This document shows positions 39,054 through 48,048 of a stretch of DNA of 64,000 nt, in pieces. This DNA is from Verrucomicrobiota bacterium (GTDB lineage Bacteria > Verrucomicrobiota > Verrucomicrobiia > Limisphaerales > UBA11358). The notes under the pieces were generated by a model. It ran no database searches and was not told the origin of the DNA. It was given only the letters and a program-made list of their open reading frames with translations. Each line of letters starts with the position of its first letter. Positions within the stretch are counted from its first letter, which is position 1. The stretch spans positions 15,295 through 79,294 of the forward strand of contig JAGWMQ010000003.1 of NCBI GenBank assembly GCA_028873125.1. The letters run 5' to 3'. The position numbers and the translations under genes are program-made.

Positions 39054-40500
39054 CGCCGCCTCCGTTGCCCCACTGAAAATCAAAGGAAAATTGCATGGGC
39101 GCCTTGCCGCGGATCTGGTCCAGCTTGACGCCGCGGACACCCTCCGCCGCGCGGAGCCGGGCCAGCGTCTGGAGCAGGGCGGCGTTGTCGCTCGCCATCC
39201 CCGAGCAGGTCACCTGGTTCCCGTCGTGAATCTCCACCGTCCTGGCCGTCACGGCCCCGTCTTCGGGGAAGACCCGGGTCAGTTGCCGCAGGATGCTCAG
39301 GGCGCGGAATGAATGGTCGAACCACGGTTGGTATTGCTGGATTTGGTCCTGGACCGCCTCGAGTTGCCCCGCCCGGGCCGACATTCTTGTCCATTGCGAT
39401 TGCAGCCGCGACAATTGCCATTGCTGGAAGAGGAAAATCCCACCGGCAATCACCAGGACCGCCGCGGCGGCGGCGCCGGCGGACTGCAACTTGCCGGAGG
39501 AACACCGGGCGACGAGTTGTTCCAGAGGGGTCGGCTTGGGCGGCAGAAATTCAAACGCCGGCGGCTGCTCCATCAGGCGGCGCGCCACCAGGCTGAACGC
39601 CGCCGAGACCGGAGCCTCCGGCGGCAGTTGCGCGCCGAACTCGTTGGCGGCGTAAGTTGAGACCACTTCCACACCCAGGCTGGCCGGCTCGAAACGCAAT
39701 TCCATTTCGTCGGCCAGTTGACGCGCCAGATCGTCCGGCCCGAAGATGCGGACACGCCGGACCGCGGCGCGCAATTCGGCGGGCAACTGGCCCAGGGTGA
39801 TGCGCGTTTCGCGCGACAGGACGTCGGCCTGCAGCGCGCGCCGGCCGCCTTCCGTTTCCACGGCGCTCTCCAGGGCGCGCAGGGCCGCCACGCCGCCGCC
39901 ACAGGTGATTTGCAACGCCACGTGGCTTTCGCCAACCGCCAGCGCCAGCACGCCGTTGGACGTCTCCGCCGCCGGCGGCTGCAAGGCGGCGACGCCGAGG
40001 GAGAAGCCGACCGGCTTGAGCTTCGCCGCAGCCAGGACTTTTTCGAGCGCGGCGACGTGCCCGGCGGGAATGGCCACCAGCGTCGCGTGCTGTTTGCCCT
40101 CGGACAAGGCGCAGCGCGAGTCGGCCAGCCGCAGCGTCGCCACGTCGCAGGGAAAACCGCGTTCCGCCTCCAACTGCAGAAGGCTGGCGGCGTCCGCCGC
40201 CTCCAGCCGCGGCAGTTCGGCGCCGAGCGTCAGCGCCCATTTAAGCGGGAGGGCGACCACGCAGCGGCGTTCGCGGACACCCGCGGCGTCCAGGTGGTTG
40301 CGGATCTCGCGCCCGACCAGCTCCGGCGCCGCCGTCAACGGGTCAAGCGCGAGGGCGGCCGAGAAGGACTGCCGGCATTGCAGCGCTCCGTTGGCGCGCC
40401 GGAGCACCGCGCCCTGCAGCCGGCCGCCGTCCAGCGCCAATCCCAGCAGGCTGGTCAGCCGCTTCCGTTTCGCAAAACTGAGTTTCAATATTTTTTTCAT
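39043..40500 (-). CDS. GspL-like protein (PilM actin-like cytoplasmic domain fused to TM and PilN-like periplasmic domain)
   Basis: N-terminal PilM-like region (LLGLALDGGRLQGAVL..., VAIPAGHVAALEKVLAAAKLKP). TM AAAAAVLVIAGGIFLF. Coiled coil and C-terminal domain. Confidence 0.6.
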   Translation of the reverse strand: MKKILKLSFAKRKRLTSLLGLALDGGRLQGAVLRRANGALQCRQSFSAALALDPLTAAPELVGREIRNHLDAAGVRERRCVVALPLKWALTLGAELPRLEAADAASLLQLEAERGFPCDVATLRLADSRCALSEGKQHATLVAIPAGHVAALEKVLAAAKLKPVGFSLGVAALQPPAAETSNGVLALAVGESHVALQITCGGGVAALRALESAVETEGGRRALQADVLSRETRITLGQLPAELRAAVRRVRIFGPDDLARQLADEMELRFEPASLGVEVVSTYAANEFGAQLPPEAPVSAAFSLVARRLMEQPPAFEFLPPKPTPLEQLVARCSSGKLQSAGAAAAAVLVIAGGIFLFQQWQLSRLQSQWTRMSARAGQLEAVQDQIQQYQPWFDHSFRALSILRQLTRVFPEDGAVTARTVEIHDGNQVTCSGMASDNAALLQTLARLRAAEGVRGVKLDQIRGKAPMQFSFDFQWGNGGGDEN

Positions 40501-42014
40501 TCTGTCGTGAGGCCGCCGGTTTTCGCCACCCAGGTTTCGCGGACCTTTTCCCCGAGCGCCCAACCCAGACGGGACAGGTCCTGGCGATAGATGATTTTGG
40601 GCGCGCCGTCGCTCGTGTCAAAAATGAACTTCACGCGCCGGTAACCGCGCCCGTAGGGACCGACGGCGGCGATGTCCGCGGTGAACTGGAAGCTGCGCGT
40701 GGTGATGTAATCGCCCCGCGCCAGCGCCTGCACGACCGGACTGGTGTTGCCCAGCGCATCAACGATCCAGGCGATGGAGGCCAGGTTGTCGGGATTTTGT
40801 TCGCGGTAGGTGATCATTTGCTGCGCGGCCGTCTGGGCGGTGCTCTGGTCCATGCCCAGCCCCATGAACAACGCCGTCAGCACCGGGACGCCGGCGGTGT
40901 TGATGTTCACGCGGCCGTAGTAGTAGGCGACGTTGGTGGCGCAGGTGACGTCGTCAATGATTTCACCGAACTCGGTCGAGTTCATCCCGCTGGCCAGGTA
41001 AAACTGCAGCAGATTAGAGTAGGTGGTTCCGCCGCCCGGACCGCCGCCTCGGGCTTGAAGCTGGTTCAGGATCTGGCTGGCGCGCGAGTCCAGGCGCGCC
41101 TCCAGCAACGGGCGCAATTCGGCGGGATCGTTCACATTGGTGAGCGAGGAGCCGTCGTGATGAAAATTCGGCTCGCGGCTATAAACGGTGGTGTAGTCGA
41201 ACAGGCCGGAATCCACCTGGCCGGTGCCGTTCAAATCTTGTTCGTTGGCGTCGAGGACGCCGTTGCGGTTGAGGTCGTCGCCCACGAGCAAATCCATCGT
41301 GGCGCCATAAACCAGCCGCAGTTCGTCCACGGTTTCAAACGGCGCGTTTTTGTCCTGGTAGCCCAGCGGCGCGTAATTCATCGAATACAGTCCCAGACCG
41401 TTGGTGTCGCGCCAGTCGGCGATCGCCTCGGCAAAATCCGTCGTCATGTCGGGCAAATAGGAGAGAACATTGGTGTCGGCGGTGTTCAAATTCAACTTGG
41501 AGGCCTCGTCAATCAGGCCGAAATACGGTTCCGACGACGGCGCGCCGGAGGGATCGCGGCCGATGATCCAGAAGTGGGCGTTTCCCACCGGCACGGCGGC
41601 GCATTCAAATTCGTCGTTGGTCGGCATGACGCCGTTGGTCGCATAGTTGGCCAGAATGTAGGCGACGTAACGCGCCGCGCCTTCGATGGCCTGTCCGGTC
41701 GCCAGGCCGGAGGCGCGGTTGTCCGAGGCGCGCAGTTCAAACGACATCGAGTGCGCGAAATAGAGGGCAATGCTGACCATGCCGAAGGCGACCAGCATGA
41801 CGATCACCAGCACCGAGCCGCGCTCGGACCCTTGGTTGCCCTTCGCCGGGCGGCGGTAACCGTTCGGAGGCCGGCGCCCGTCTGCTGTCCGGGGCTGTCG
41901 CGGCGATGACGCCGGGTTGCGGCGGCGGATGCCGATTTCACGGCATCGCACCCTGGCGCCAAACGGCTTGTGATTGCGAAGGCCCATTTTGTTGAAGACA
42001 CCGAAGAAATTCAT
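40497..42014 (-). CDS. gspK: Type II secretion minor pseudopilin GspK
   Basis: RGSVLVIVMLVAFGMVSIAL (no Glu5); SKLNLNTA; helix-hairpin-helix-like FETVDELRLVYG. The start is supported by an ATGA overlap with gspJ. Confidence 0.75.
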   Translation of the reverse strand: MNFFGVFNKMGLRNHKPFGARVRCREIGIRRRNPASSPRQPRTADGRRPPNGYRRPAKGNQGSERGSVLVIVMLVAFGMVSIALYFAHSMSFELRASDNRASGLATGQAIEGAARYVAYILANYATNGVMPTNDEFECAAVPVGNAHFWIIGRDPSGAPSSEPYFGLIDEASKLNLNTADTNVLSYLPDMTTDFAEAIADWRDTNGLGLYSMNYAPLGYQDKNAPFETVDELRLVYGATMDLLVGDDLNRNGVLDANEQDLNGTGQVDSGLFDYTTVYSREPNFHHDGSSLTNVNDPAELRPLLEARLDSRASQILNQLQARGGGPGGGTTYSNLLQFYLASGMNSTEFGEIIDDVTCATNVAYYYGRVNINTAGVPVLTALFMGLGMDQSTAQTAAQQMITYREQNPDNLASIAWIVDALGNTSPVVQALARGDYITTRSFQFTADIAAVGPYGRGYRRVKFIFDTSDGAPKIIYRQDLSRLGWALGEKVRETWVAKTGGLTTE

Positions 42015-42838
42015 GGCAAACCTCCGGTGACGCCGCCGCTGACGCTGGCGCTGCCGGACACGGTTGCGTTGGAGAGCGATTGCGAATCAATCGGCACCAG
42101 CATTTCGATGGGCGAGGCGCTGTTTCCGGCCAGTTGGATCTCCACGCGCACCGCCGTCGGCAGATTGGTCTCGCTCGAGGTCGGATCGCTGGTGTCCCAG
42201 GTGTCAAGCCATTGCGTGCCGTCGAAGCACGAGAACTGGATGCTCTGGACGCCGCCCAGCAGCCATTGATCCTCCACGTCGGGCGTGGCGGTGCTCAAGA
42301 GATTTCGGGTGACGCTGCGGACCAGGTCCAGGCCTTGCGCCGTGCGGTCGGACGGGGTCTGCAGTTCGTAGGTGACCCTTTGAATGTCGCCCCAGGGCCG
42401 GCTGGGATCGGAACTGAGCGCGCCGGTGGCCGTGAACATTTCAATGGCCACGGGCCGGCTGATGCCCTGGCTGGTCAGGTTGCCCACCCGGAAATCGCCG
42501 GACAGGATTTTGTCGGTGCCGTTGGTGGGGGTCACCGCGCATTCCAGGTCGCGGCGGAGGACGGCCAGCGCCTGGTCCACCGGCGTTGCCGCATCCACCG
42601 CGTCTTGCGTGGACTCCTGCAAATGCAGCGCGGTGAAGAAGGCGGCGCTTACGGCGGCCAGGACGATGGCGGCCACCGCCACCGCCAGAATCAATTCCAA
42701 CAACGTGAAGGCGTCGCCCGTTGACCCCTGCCGCTTGCCGATGGGCCGGAAGGCCAGGGACGCGTCCGGCCTTCCGAGGGGCCATCGCCCGTCGGAAACC
42801 GACAATCTCAAATTGGCCAAGGGCAGTTTCATCATGGC
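42011..42838 (-). CDS. gspJ: Type II secretion minor pseudopilin GspJ-like
   Basis: Prepilin-type N-terminal segment FTLLELILAVAVAAIVL; GspJ-like size and position in the operon. Confidence 0.65.
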   Translation of the reverse strand, partial: AMMKLPLANLRLSVSDGRWPLGRPDASLAFRPIGKRQGSTGDAFTLLELILAVAVAAIVLAAVSAAFFTALHLQESTQDAVDAATPVDQALAVLRRDLECAVTPTNGTDKILSGDFRVGNLTSQGISRPVAIEMFTATGALSSDPSRPWGDIQRVTYELQTPSDRTAQGLDLVRSVTRNLLSTATPDVEDQWLLGGVQSIQFSCFDGTQWLDTWDTSDPTSSETNLPTAVRVEIQLAGNSASPIEMLVPIDSQSLSNATVSGSASVSGGVTGGLP

Positions 42839-43308
42839 GATCCGGCGGTGGTGTTGAGCGTCTGCGAATCCGCCAGCGTGCTCATTTGCACGGAATAGTT
42901 GATGCCTTGGATCGAAAAGGACACCTGGGCGGTGAGTTGCCGCATCAGGGGATCCTCCGGCCAGTCCAGGCTGGTCAGCGCCCAGCGGAATTGCCGCCCG
43001 CCGTCGCTGATCGTTCCGTTTTGTGTTCCCACGTTCCAATTGGTCGTCACAATGCTTTGGTTGAGCACCTCGTCGGCGACGCGCGCCGCCTGGCCCTTGC
43101 GGGCGGCGACTTCGCCGGCCATGGCGGCGGTGTGCAGCGCCTCGACGGCTGCGGGAATGACGATGGCCAGCAACAGCAGTGCCGCCAAAACCTCCACCAG
43201 TGTGAAGGCAGAAAAGTGACCTGCGACACATGGCGGGTGGCAGGCATTCCTGCCGCGTGTCACTCGCCACTTGTCCCCGGTCACTTTACTGGCTGTTCCG
43301 AATTTCAT
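42832..43308 (-). CDS. gspI: Type II secretion minor pseudopilin GspI-like
   Basis: FTLVEVLAALLLLAIVI prepilin segment; small size. An alternative GTG start lies at 43284. Confidence 0.65.
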   Translation of the reverse strand: MKFGTASKVTGDKWRVTRGRNACHPPCVAGHFSAFTLVEVLAALLLLAIVIPAAVEALHTAAMAGEVAARKGQAARVADEVLNQSIVTTNWNVGTQNGTISDGGRQFRWALTSLDWPEDPLMRQLTAQVSFSIQGINYSVQMSTLADSQTLNTTAGSP

Positions 43309-43804
43309 AGCTCATGCGGTTGCGCGATTCGGCCAGCCACAGGACGCCGCCGGTGGAATCGGTCAGGCGCAACGTCTGCGGGCTGCTCTCATCAATCGAG
43401 CCGTCGGGCAGAAAACGGATGGCCGGCAGGCGGTCGAACGTCGTGGTGGACGAACTGCTGTCCATCACGGCGATCTGGACATTGTCATCCAGGGTCACCG
43501 TTTCGGCTTTTGGATCGCCGCTCTGTGGAGGGCTTTCCTCCTGCAGGCCGCACGCGTTTTGCCTGGCGTCCACCCAGAGCACGATGTTCACGCCCTCGGA
43601 AACCGCCCGGCTCTGCCCGGCATCCGTCAGCGCCAGCAACTCCCGCGCCTGGGAATCCAGGGTGCGTCCGCGGAAGAAATTCGCCAGCGCCGGCGCGACC
43701 AGCGCGGCCATGACGATCAGCAGCGCCATTACCAGGATCAGTTCGATCAAGGTGAAGGCGCGCGCGCATGATGTGCCGCTGTGGGTGGATTCGAGCCACG
43801 TCAT
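43286..43804 (-). CDS. gspH: Type II secretion minor pseudopilin GspH-like
   Basis: FTLIELILVMALLIVMAAL prepilin segment. The ATG at 43804 forms an ATGA overlap with the gspG stop. An alternative ATG lies at 43819. Confidence 0.65.
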   Translation of the reverse strand: MTWLESTHSGTSCARAFTLIELILVMALLIVMAALVAPALANFFRGRTLDSQARELLALTDAGQSRAVSEGVNIVLWVDARQNACGLQEESPPQSGDPKAETVTLDDNVQIAVMDSSSSTTTFDRLPAIRFLPDGSIDESSPQTLRLTDSTGGVLWLAESRNRMSYEIRNSQ

Positions 43805-44328
43805 TTGCTCATGGTCCAATTGCCGATGTCATCGGCCGTGCCCGGCTGGCCGTCCGGTCCGGCGGACGAAACATCGAAGGAACTCGGGTTGTGTTTGCCG
43901 GGACAGACGTAAACGTAGGGATTGCCCCACGGATCGGCAGGCACCGTGTCGTTGTCCAGGTACGGGCCATGCCAGTTCTGGGCGTTGTTGCCGCCGGGTT
44001 GCTGGATCAGGTCGTTCAACGACTTGGGATAATAGCCCATGTCCACTTCATACGCGCCCAAGGCCGTTTTGAAGGTGGAAATCTGCGTCGTCGCCGCGGT
44101 GATGCGGGCGCGCTGGGAAGTGCCGGTGAACTTGGGCAGCACGATGGCGGCCAGCGTGGCCAGGATGACCAGCACCAACAGCAATTCCACGAGGGTGAAG
44201 CCTCGGGATTTCCCGCGGGCCGATGGCCGATGGCCAGGGCCTCCGCCACGCGGCGTCTCGCCTCCACCGATTGGCAATTGGCGATTGGCGATTGGGGGTC
44301 CGTTTTTCGACGCGGCTTTTATTTTCAT
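43801..44328 (-). CDS. gspG: Type II secretion major pseudopilin GspG
   Basis: RGFTLVELLLVLVILATLAAIVLP; T2SS-G signature GYYP...DPWGNPYVY. The leader is unusually long if the ATG at 44328 is used. Confidence 0.85.
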   Translation of the reverse strand: MKIKAASKNGPPIANRQLPIGGGETPRGGGPGHRPSARGKSRGFTLVELLLVLVILATLAAIVLPKFTGTSQRARITAATTQISTFKTALGAYEVDMGYYPKSLNDLIQQPGGNNAQNWHGPYLDNDTVPADPWGNPYVYVCPGKHNPSSFDVSSAGPDGQPGTADDIGNWTMSK

Positions 44329-44340
44329 GAATTTTCCGGG

Positions 44341-45585
44341 TTATTTGATGTATTGTTGCAGGGTGAAAATCGGCAGCAACATGCCGATGAAAATGGTGCC
44401 GATGAAGCCGGCAATCATGAACAGCATGAGCGGCTCGGCAAAGGCCACCGCCGTTTTCAACTCGCGGTCCAAATCGCCCTCGGTGACGGCGGCGATGCGC
44501 ACCAGTTCGCTGTCCAGCCGGCCGCTTTCCTCGGCCACGGAAATCATTTCCAGGACCGAGCCGGAAAACAGCCGCTTGCAATCCGCCAGGCTCTGGCCCA
44601 GCCGTCCGCCCTGCTGCACGCGCTCGATGGACTGCGACACGGCGTCCACCAGAATCTGGTTGCCGATGGATTTGCGCGCCACGTTCAGCCCCTGCACCAG
44701 CGGCACGCCGGCGCCCAGCAGGGTGCCGAGCATCCGGCAAAAGCGCGCCAGGGCAAATTGCGCCACCAGCCCTCCGACCAGCGGCGCTCGAAGCACCAGA
44801 CTTTCCCAAACGCGCCTGCCGGTCTCCGAAGTGAACCAGGCGCGCAGCAGGAATCCGGCGGCCACCAAGCCCGCCGCCACAAACAGGCCGTAGTTGCGCA
44901 CCACGTGACTTACGCCGATGATGAGTTGCGTGATCAACGGCAGCGCGCCGCCGAAGCCGGAGAAGAGTTTTTGAAAACGGGGGATGAAGAACACCAGCAG
45001 AAACGTCAGCACCCCCAGCGCCAGGGTCAGCAAGATGCACGGATACAACATGGCGCTCATCACCTTGGAACGCAGTTCCTTTTCCCGCGACTGGAAATCG
45101 GCGATTTGCGAGAGCACCACGTCCAGGAACCCGCCCGTCTCGCCCGCCTGCACCATGGCCACATAGACGCGCGGGAAAACCTCCGGCGATTTGGCCATCG
45201 CGTCGGCCAGCGACATGCCGTCCACCACCAGGTCGTGAATTTCCTTCCACTTGGCCGCGACCACCGGCGCCGCCGCTTCCCGGTAAAGAATCACCAGCGC
45301 CCGGCTCAGCGGCACCCCGGAGGCCAGCAGGGACGACAGCAACCGGGTGAAATTTTCCAGCGCCTTGCCGGACACCTTCTGCGGCTGGAGCGACAGGGAA
45401 AAACGCTCCGCGGCCGGCGCGGGGGGTTTTTGGACTCCCGCCGCGGCCTTTTTTTCAAACAGACCGACCGGGCGCAGGCCCAACGCCTCCATCTGGCGCA
45501 GCGCGTCGGGACGGCCCGGCGCATCCAACTGGCCTTCGGTGATGAGGCCGTCGGTCTTCAGTGCTCTGTATTGGAAGGTGGGCAT
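44341..45585 (-). CDS. gspF: Type II secretion inner-membrane platform protein GspF
   Basis: MPTFQYRALKTDG; two T2SF domains; 414 aa. Confidence 0.9.
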   Translation of the reverse strand: MPTFQYRALKTDGLITEGQLDAPGRPDALRQMEALGLRPVGLFEKKAAAGVQKPPAPAAERFSLSLQPQKVSGKALENFTRLLSSLLASGVPLSRALVILYREAAAPVVAAKWKEIHDLVVDGMSLADAMAKSPEVFPRVYVAMVQAGETGGFLDVVLSQIADFQSREKELRSKVMSAMLYPCILLTLALGVLTFLLVFFIPRFQKLFSGFGGALPLITQLIIGVSHVVRNYGLFVAAGLVAAGFLLRAWFTSETGRRVWESLVLRAPLVGGLVAQFALARFCRMLGTLLGAGVPLVQGLNVARKSIGNQILVDAVSQSIERVQQGGRLGQSLADCKRLFSGSVLEMISVAEESGRLDSELVRIAAVTEGDLDRELKTAVAFAEPLMLFMIAGFIGTIFIGMLLPIFTLQQYIK

Positions 45586-45588
45586 TCA

Positions 45589-45716
45589 GAAGTTCCAAGT
45601 TCCAAGTTCCAAGTCCCAAGTTCCAAGGAAAATCCAAGCTCCAAGTTCCAAGACTTGCCGATGCCAATTTGAATTTTGGAGCTTGGGGCTTCTTTGGAAC
45701 TTGGAACTTGGAATTT
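45589..45716 (-). repeat. ttccaag-periodic long imperfect hairpin, copy 2; fills the gspE|gspF intercistronic gap
   Basis: On the coding (minus) strand: aaaattccaagttccaagttccaaagaa ... ttggaacttggaacttggaacttctga-ATG. Same orientation relative to transcription as copy 1. Confidence 0.85.
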
Positions 45717-45721
45717 TCATT

Positions 45722-47470
45722 TCATCTCCCCAACGCGGCGCCGGTCGGCGCCAAGCTTGCCGTCGCATCCAGCGTTTCATTCCGGGTCACGCGCGCCACT
45801 TCCTTGGCGGTGGTCACGCTCAAGACTTCCTCGACGGTGGTGATGCCCAGCCGCACCAGCCGCCAGCCGTCTTCGGCCAGCGTCTTCATGCCGGCGCGGC
45901 GGGCGGCGTCGCGTATCTGGTCGGTCGAGGCGCTTTTCAGGATCAACCGCCGGATTTCATCGTCGCTGTCCATCCACTCGAAAATGGCGTGCCGGCCGAA
46001 GAATCCGGTGTTGCGGCACTCGCGGCAGCCGATCGAGCGGTAAATTGTCGCGTTGGCCGGCAGCCCCGCCTGCGCCTTGAAGGCCTGCGCCGTCGGCGAA
46101 TGGTCCGGCTGTTTGCAATGTCCGCACAGCACGCGCACCAGGCGTTGTGCCAGCACGGCTTCGAGGGAGGAGGCGACCAGATACGGCTCCACGCCCATGT
46201 CCACCAGCCGGGTGAGGGCGCCGGGCGCGTCGTTGGTGTGGAGCGTGGAAAAGACCAGGTGGCCGGTCAGGGAGGCCTGCACGGCGATCTGCGCCGTCTC
46301 GGCGTCGCGGATTTCGCCGATGAGCACCACGTCCGGGTCGTGGCGCAGGATCGAGCGCAACCCGCGCGCGAAGGTCAGGCCGGATTTTTCATTGACCTGG
46401 ATCTGGTTGACGCCCTTGAGTTGATACTCCACCGGGTCTTCGATGGTGATGATTTTGCGAACCGAGTCGTTGATGGCGTTGAGCGCGGTGTAAAGCGTCG
46501 AGGTCTTGCCGCTGCCGGTCGGGCCGGTGACCAGGATGATGCCGTGCGGCAGCTCGAGGACGCGCTGGAAACAATCCAGTTCGCGCCGGTCCATGTCCAG
46601 TTCCTTCATGCCGCGCAGGGTGGCGTTCTGCCGCAGCAACCGCATCACCACCGCCTCGCCATGCAGCATCGGTATCACCGAAACGCGGATGTCCACCTCG
46701 GCGTCCTCGATGCGCACCTTGATACGGCCGTCCTGGGGCAGGCGTTTTTCGGCGATGTTGAGGTGGCTCAAAATTTTCACGCGCGAGACGATGGCCGGCT
46801 GGAATTGTTTCAATTGCCCCGGCACCGGCACGTCCTGCAACACGCCGTCAATCCGGTAGCGGATGCGGAATTCGTCCTCGAAGGGCTCCAGGTGGATGTC
46901 CGAGGCGCGCAACTCGATGGCGTCCTTGAGGACCTGGTTGACGAAACGGATGATGGAGGCCTCGTCTTCGGCGGCGGAGTCGAGATTGGTGTCCTCGGCG
47001 TTTTCGTCCACGAACTGAAAGGACTTGTCCTCCTCCAGCGTGCCGATGGTGTCGGCGCCCACGCCCAGGCGTTTTTTCATTTCCCGTTGAATCGCTTCGC
47101 TGGAGGCGAGGACGGGCTTGAGGTTCAAGCCCGTCAACGTTTTCAGGGCGTCCAACCCCTGGGTGGCGAAGAGGCGGCTGGTGGCCACTTCCACCGTGCC
47201 GTTCAGTCGCCGAAGGGGCAGCAATTCTTCCTTGAGAAGGATACGGGCGGGAAAAAGGGAGAGAAGCTGACGGTCCGGCTCCACGTCGTCCAGCGTCGTG
47301 TAGGCCAGATCATACTCGCCGGCCAGCCAGCGCAGCACGTCCTCCTCGCCTCGCAATACGAGCTTGGAGGCGGCCAGGGCTTCGGCGTCGGCCGCCGAAA
47401 GTTGCCGGGCCGCGATCATGCGTTCCAGCAACGGCCGCGGCGGGGTTTCCTGGACGTCAGACGGACTCAT
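45722..47470 (-). CDS. gspE: Type II secretion ATPase GspE
   Basis: N-terminal MshEN-like domain; Walker A GPTGSGKTST; Asp/His boxes; tetracysteine CGHC...CRECRNTG. Confidence 0.9.
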   Translation of the reverse strand: MSPSDVQETPPRPLLERMIAARQLSAADAEALAASKLVLRGEEDVLRWLAGEYDLAYTTLDDVEPDRQLLSLFPARILLKEELLPLRRLNGTVEVATSRLFATQGLDALKTLTGLNLKPVLASSEAIQREMKKRLGVGADTIGTLEEDKSFQFVDENAEDTNLDSAAEDEASIIRFVNQVLKDAIELRASDIHLEPFEDEFRIRYRIDGVLQDVPVPGQLKQFQPAIVSRVKILSHLNIAEKRLPQDGRIKVRIEDAEVDIRVSVIPMLHGEAVVMRLLRQNATLRGMKELDMDRRELDCFQRVLELPHGIILVTGPTGSGKTSTLYTALNAINDSVRKIITIEDPVEYQLKGVNQIQVNEKSGLTFARGLRSILRHDPDVVLIGEIRDAETAQIAVQASLTGHLVFSTLHTNDAPGALTRLVDMGVEPYLVASSLEAVLAQRLVRVLCGHCKQPDHSPTAQAFKAQAGLPANATIYRSIGCRECRNTGFFGRHAIFEWMDSDDEIRRLILKSASTDQIRDAARRAGMKTLAEDGWRLVRLGITTVEEVLSVTTAKEVARVTRNETLDATASLAPTGAALGR

Positions 47471-47508
47471 AAACCTGCGTCAGCTTCTTCGTGGCGTTTT
47501 CGAACGGG

Positions 47509-48048
47509 TCACTCCAGCAGTCCCATCAAGGCCGCTTCGGCCTCCTGCTTGATCGAAAGGACCTTGCGGAGGTTTTCCTGCGCGTCGGTCAGTTTGGCCT
47601 GCTTTGCCTTCTGCGCAGCCTGGTACTTTTCCAACGCGGCCTTGATCTGGGTGTCAGGCGCGTTGTTGTCCACAGCCTGTTGCAAGGCTTCCGCTTCCGG
47701 GCTGGGAGGCGGGCCGAACCGGCGCGGGCGATCTGCGGGACCGCCACCGCGCGGACGGAACATCATCATCCTCATGCCCGGTCCGCCGAGGTCGCGTCGG
47801 GCGTCGAGGACTTTTTGAACCAGCGGTTGGACGGCGTTCCAATCGGTGTCATTGGTGAAACCGAGCCGGTCGCGGATGTTGTCCATCATGCGCTGCTGGA
47901 ACTGGGCGGGGTCAAAGTTTCGAAAACGGCCAGGCCCGCCGCCCGGCCCTCCCGGTCCGCCATTGTCTTGCGCCATCAGGTTGCCGGTGCTTGAACACAA
48001 GGCCGCCACGGCGCCCCAGACGATGAACATTCGTTTTAGTTTGATCAT
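47509..48048 (-). CDS. Secreted Gly/Pro- and Gln-rich helical protein (Spy/CpxP-like?), first gene upstream of gspE
   Basis: Signal peptide MIKLKRMFIVWGAVAALCSS. Low-complexity GGPGGPGGGPG, then helical QQ/AQ-rich segments. Function not recognised. Confidence 0.45.
   Translation of the reverse strand: MIKLKRMFIVWGAVAALCSSTGNLMAQDNGGPGGPGGGPGRFRNFDPAQFQQRMMDNIRDRLGFTNDTDWNAVQPLVQKVLDARRDLGGPGMRMMMFRPRGGGPADRPRRFGPPPSPEAEALQQAVDNNAPDTQIKAALEKYQAAQKAKQAKLTDAQENLRKVLSIKQEAEAALMGLLE

Noticed and set aside
43221-43265. An imperfect palindrome (ggcagg-catt-cctgcc with gacaca/gtgtc flanks) inside the gspI leader-coding region, considered as another intragenic element.
   Set aside because: There is only one short copy, the arms are weakly complementary, and no recurrence was seen in the window.
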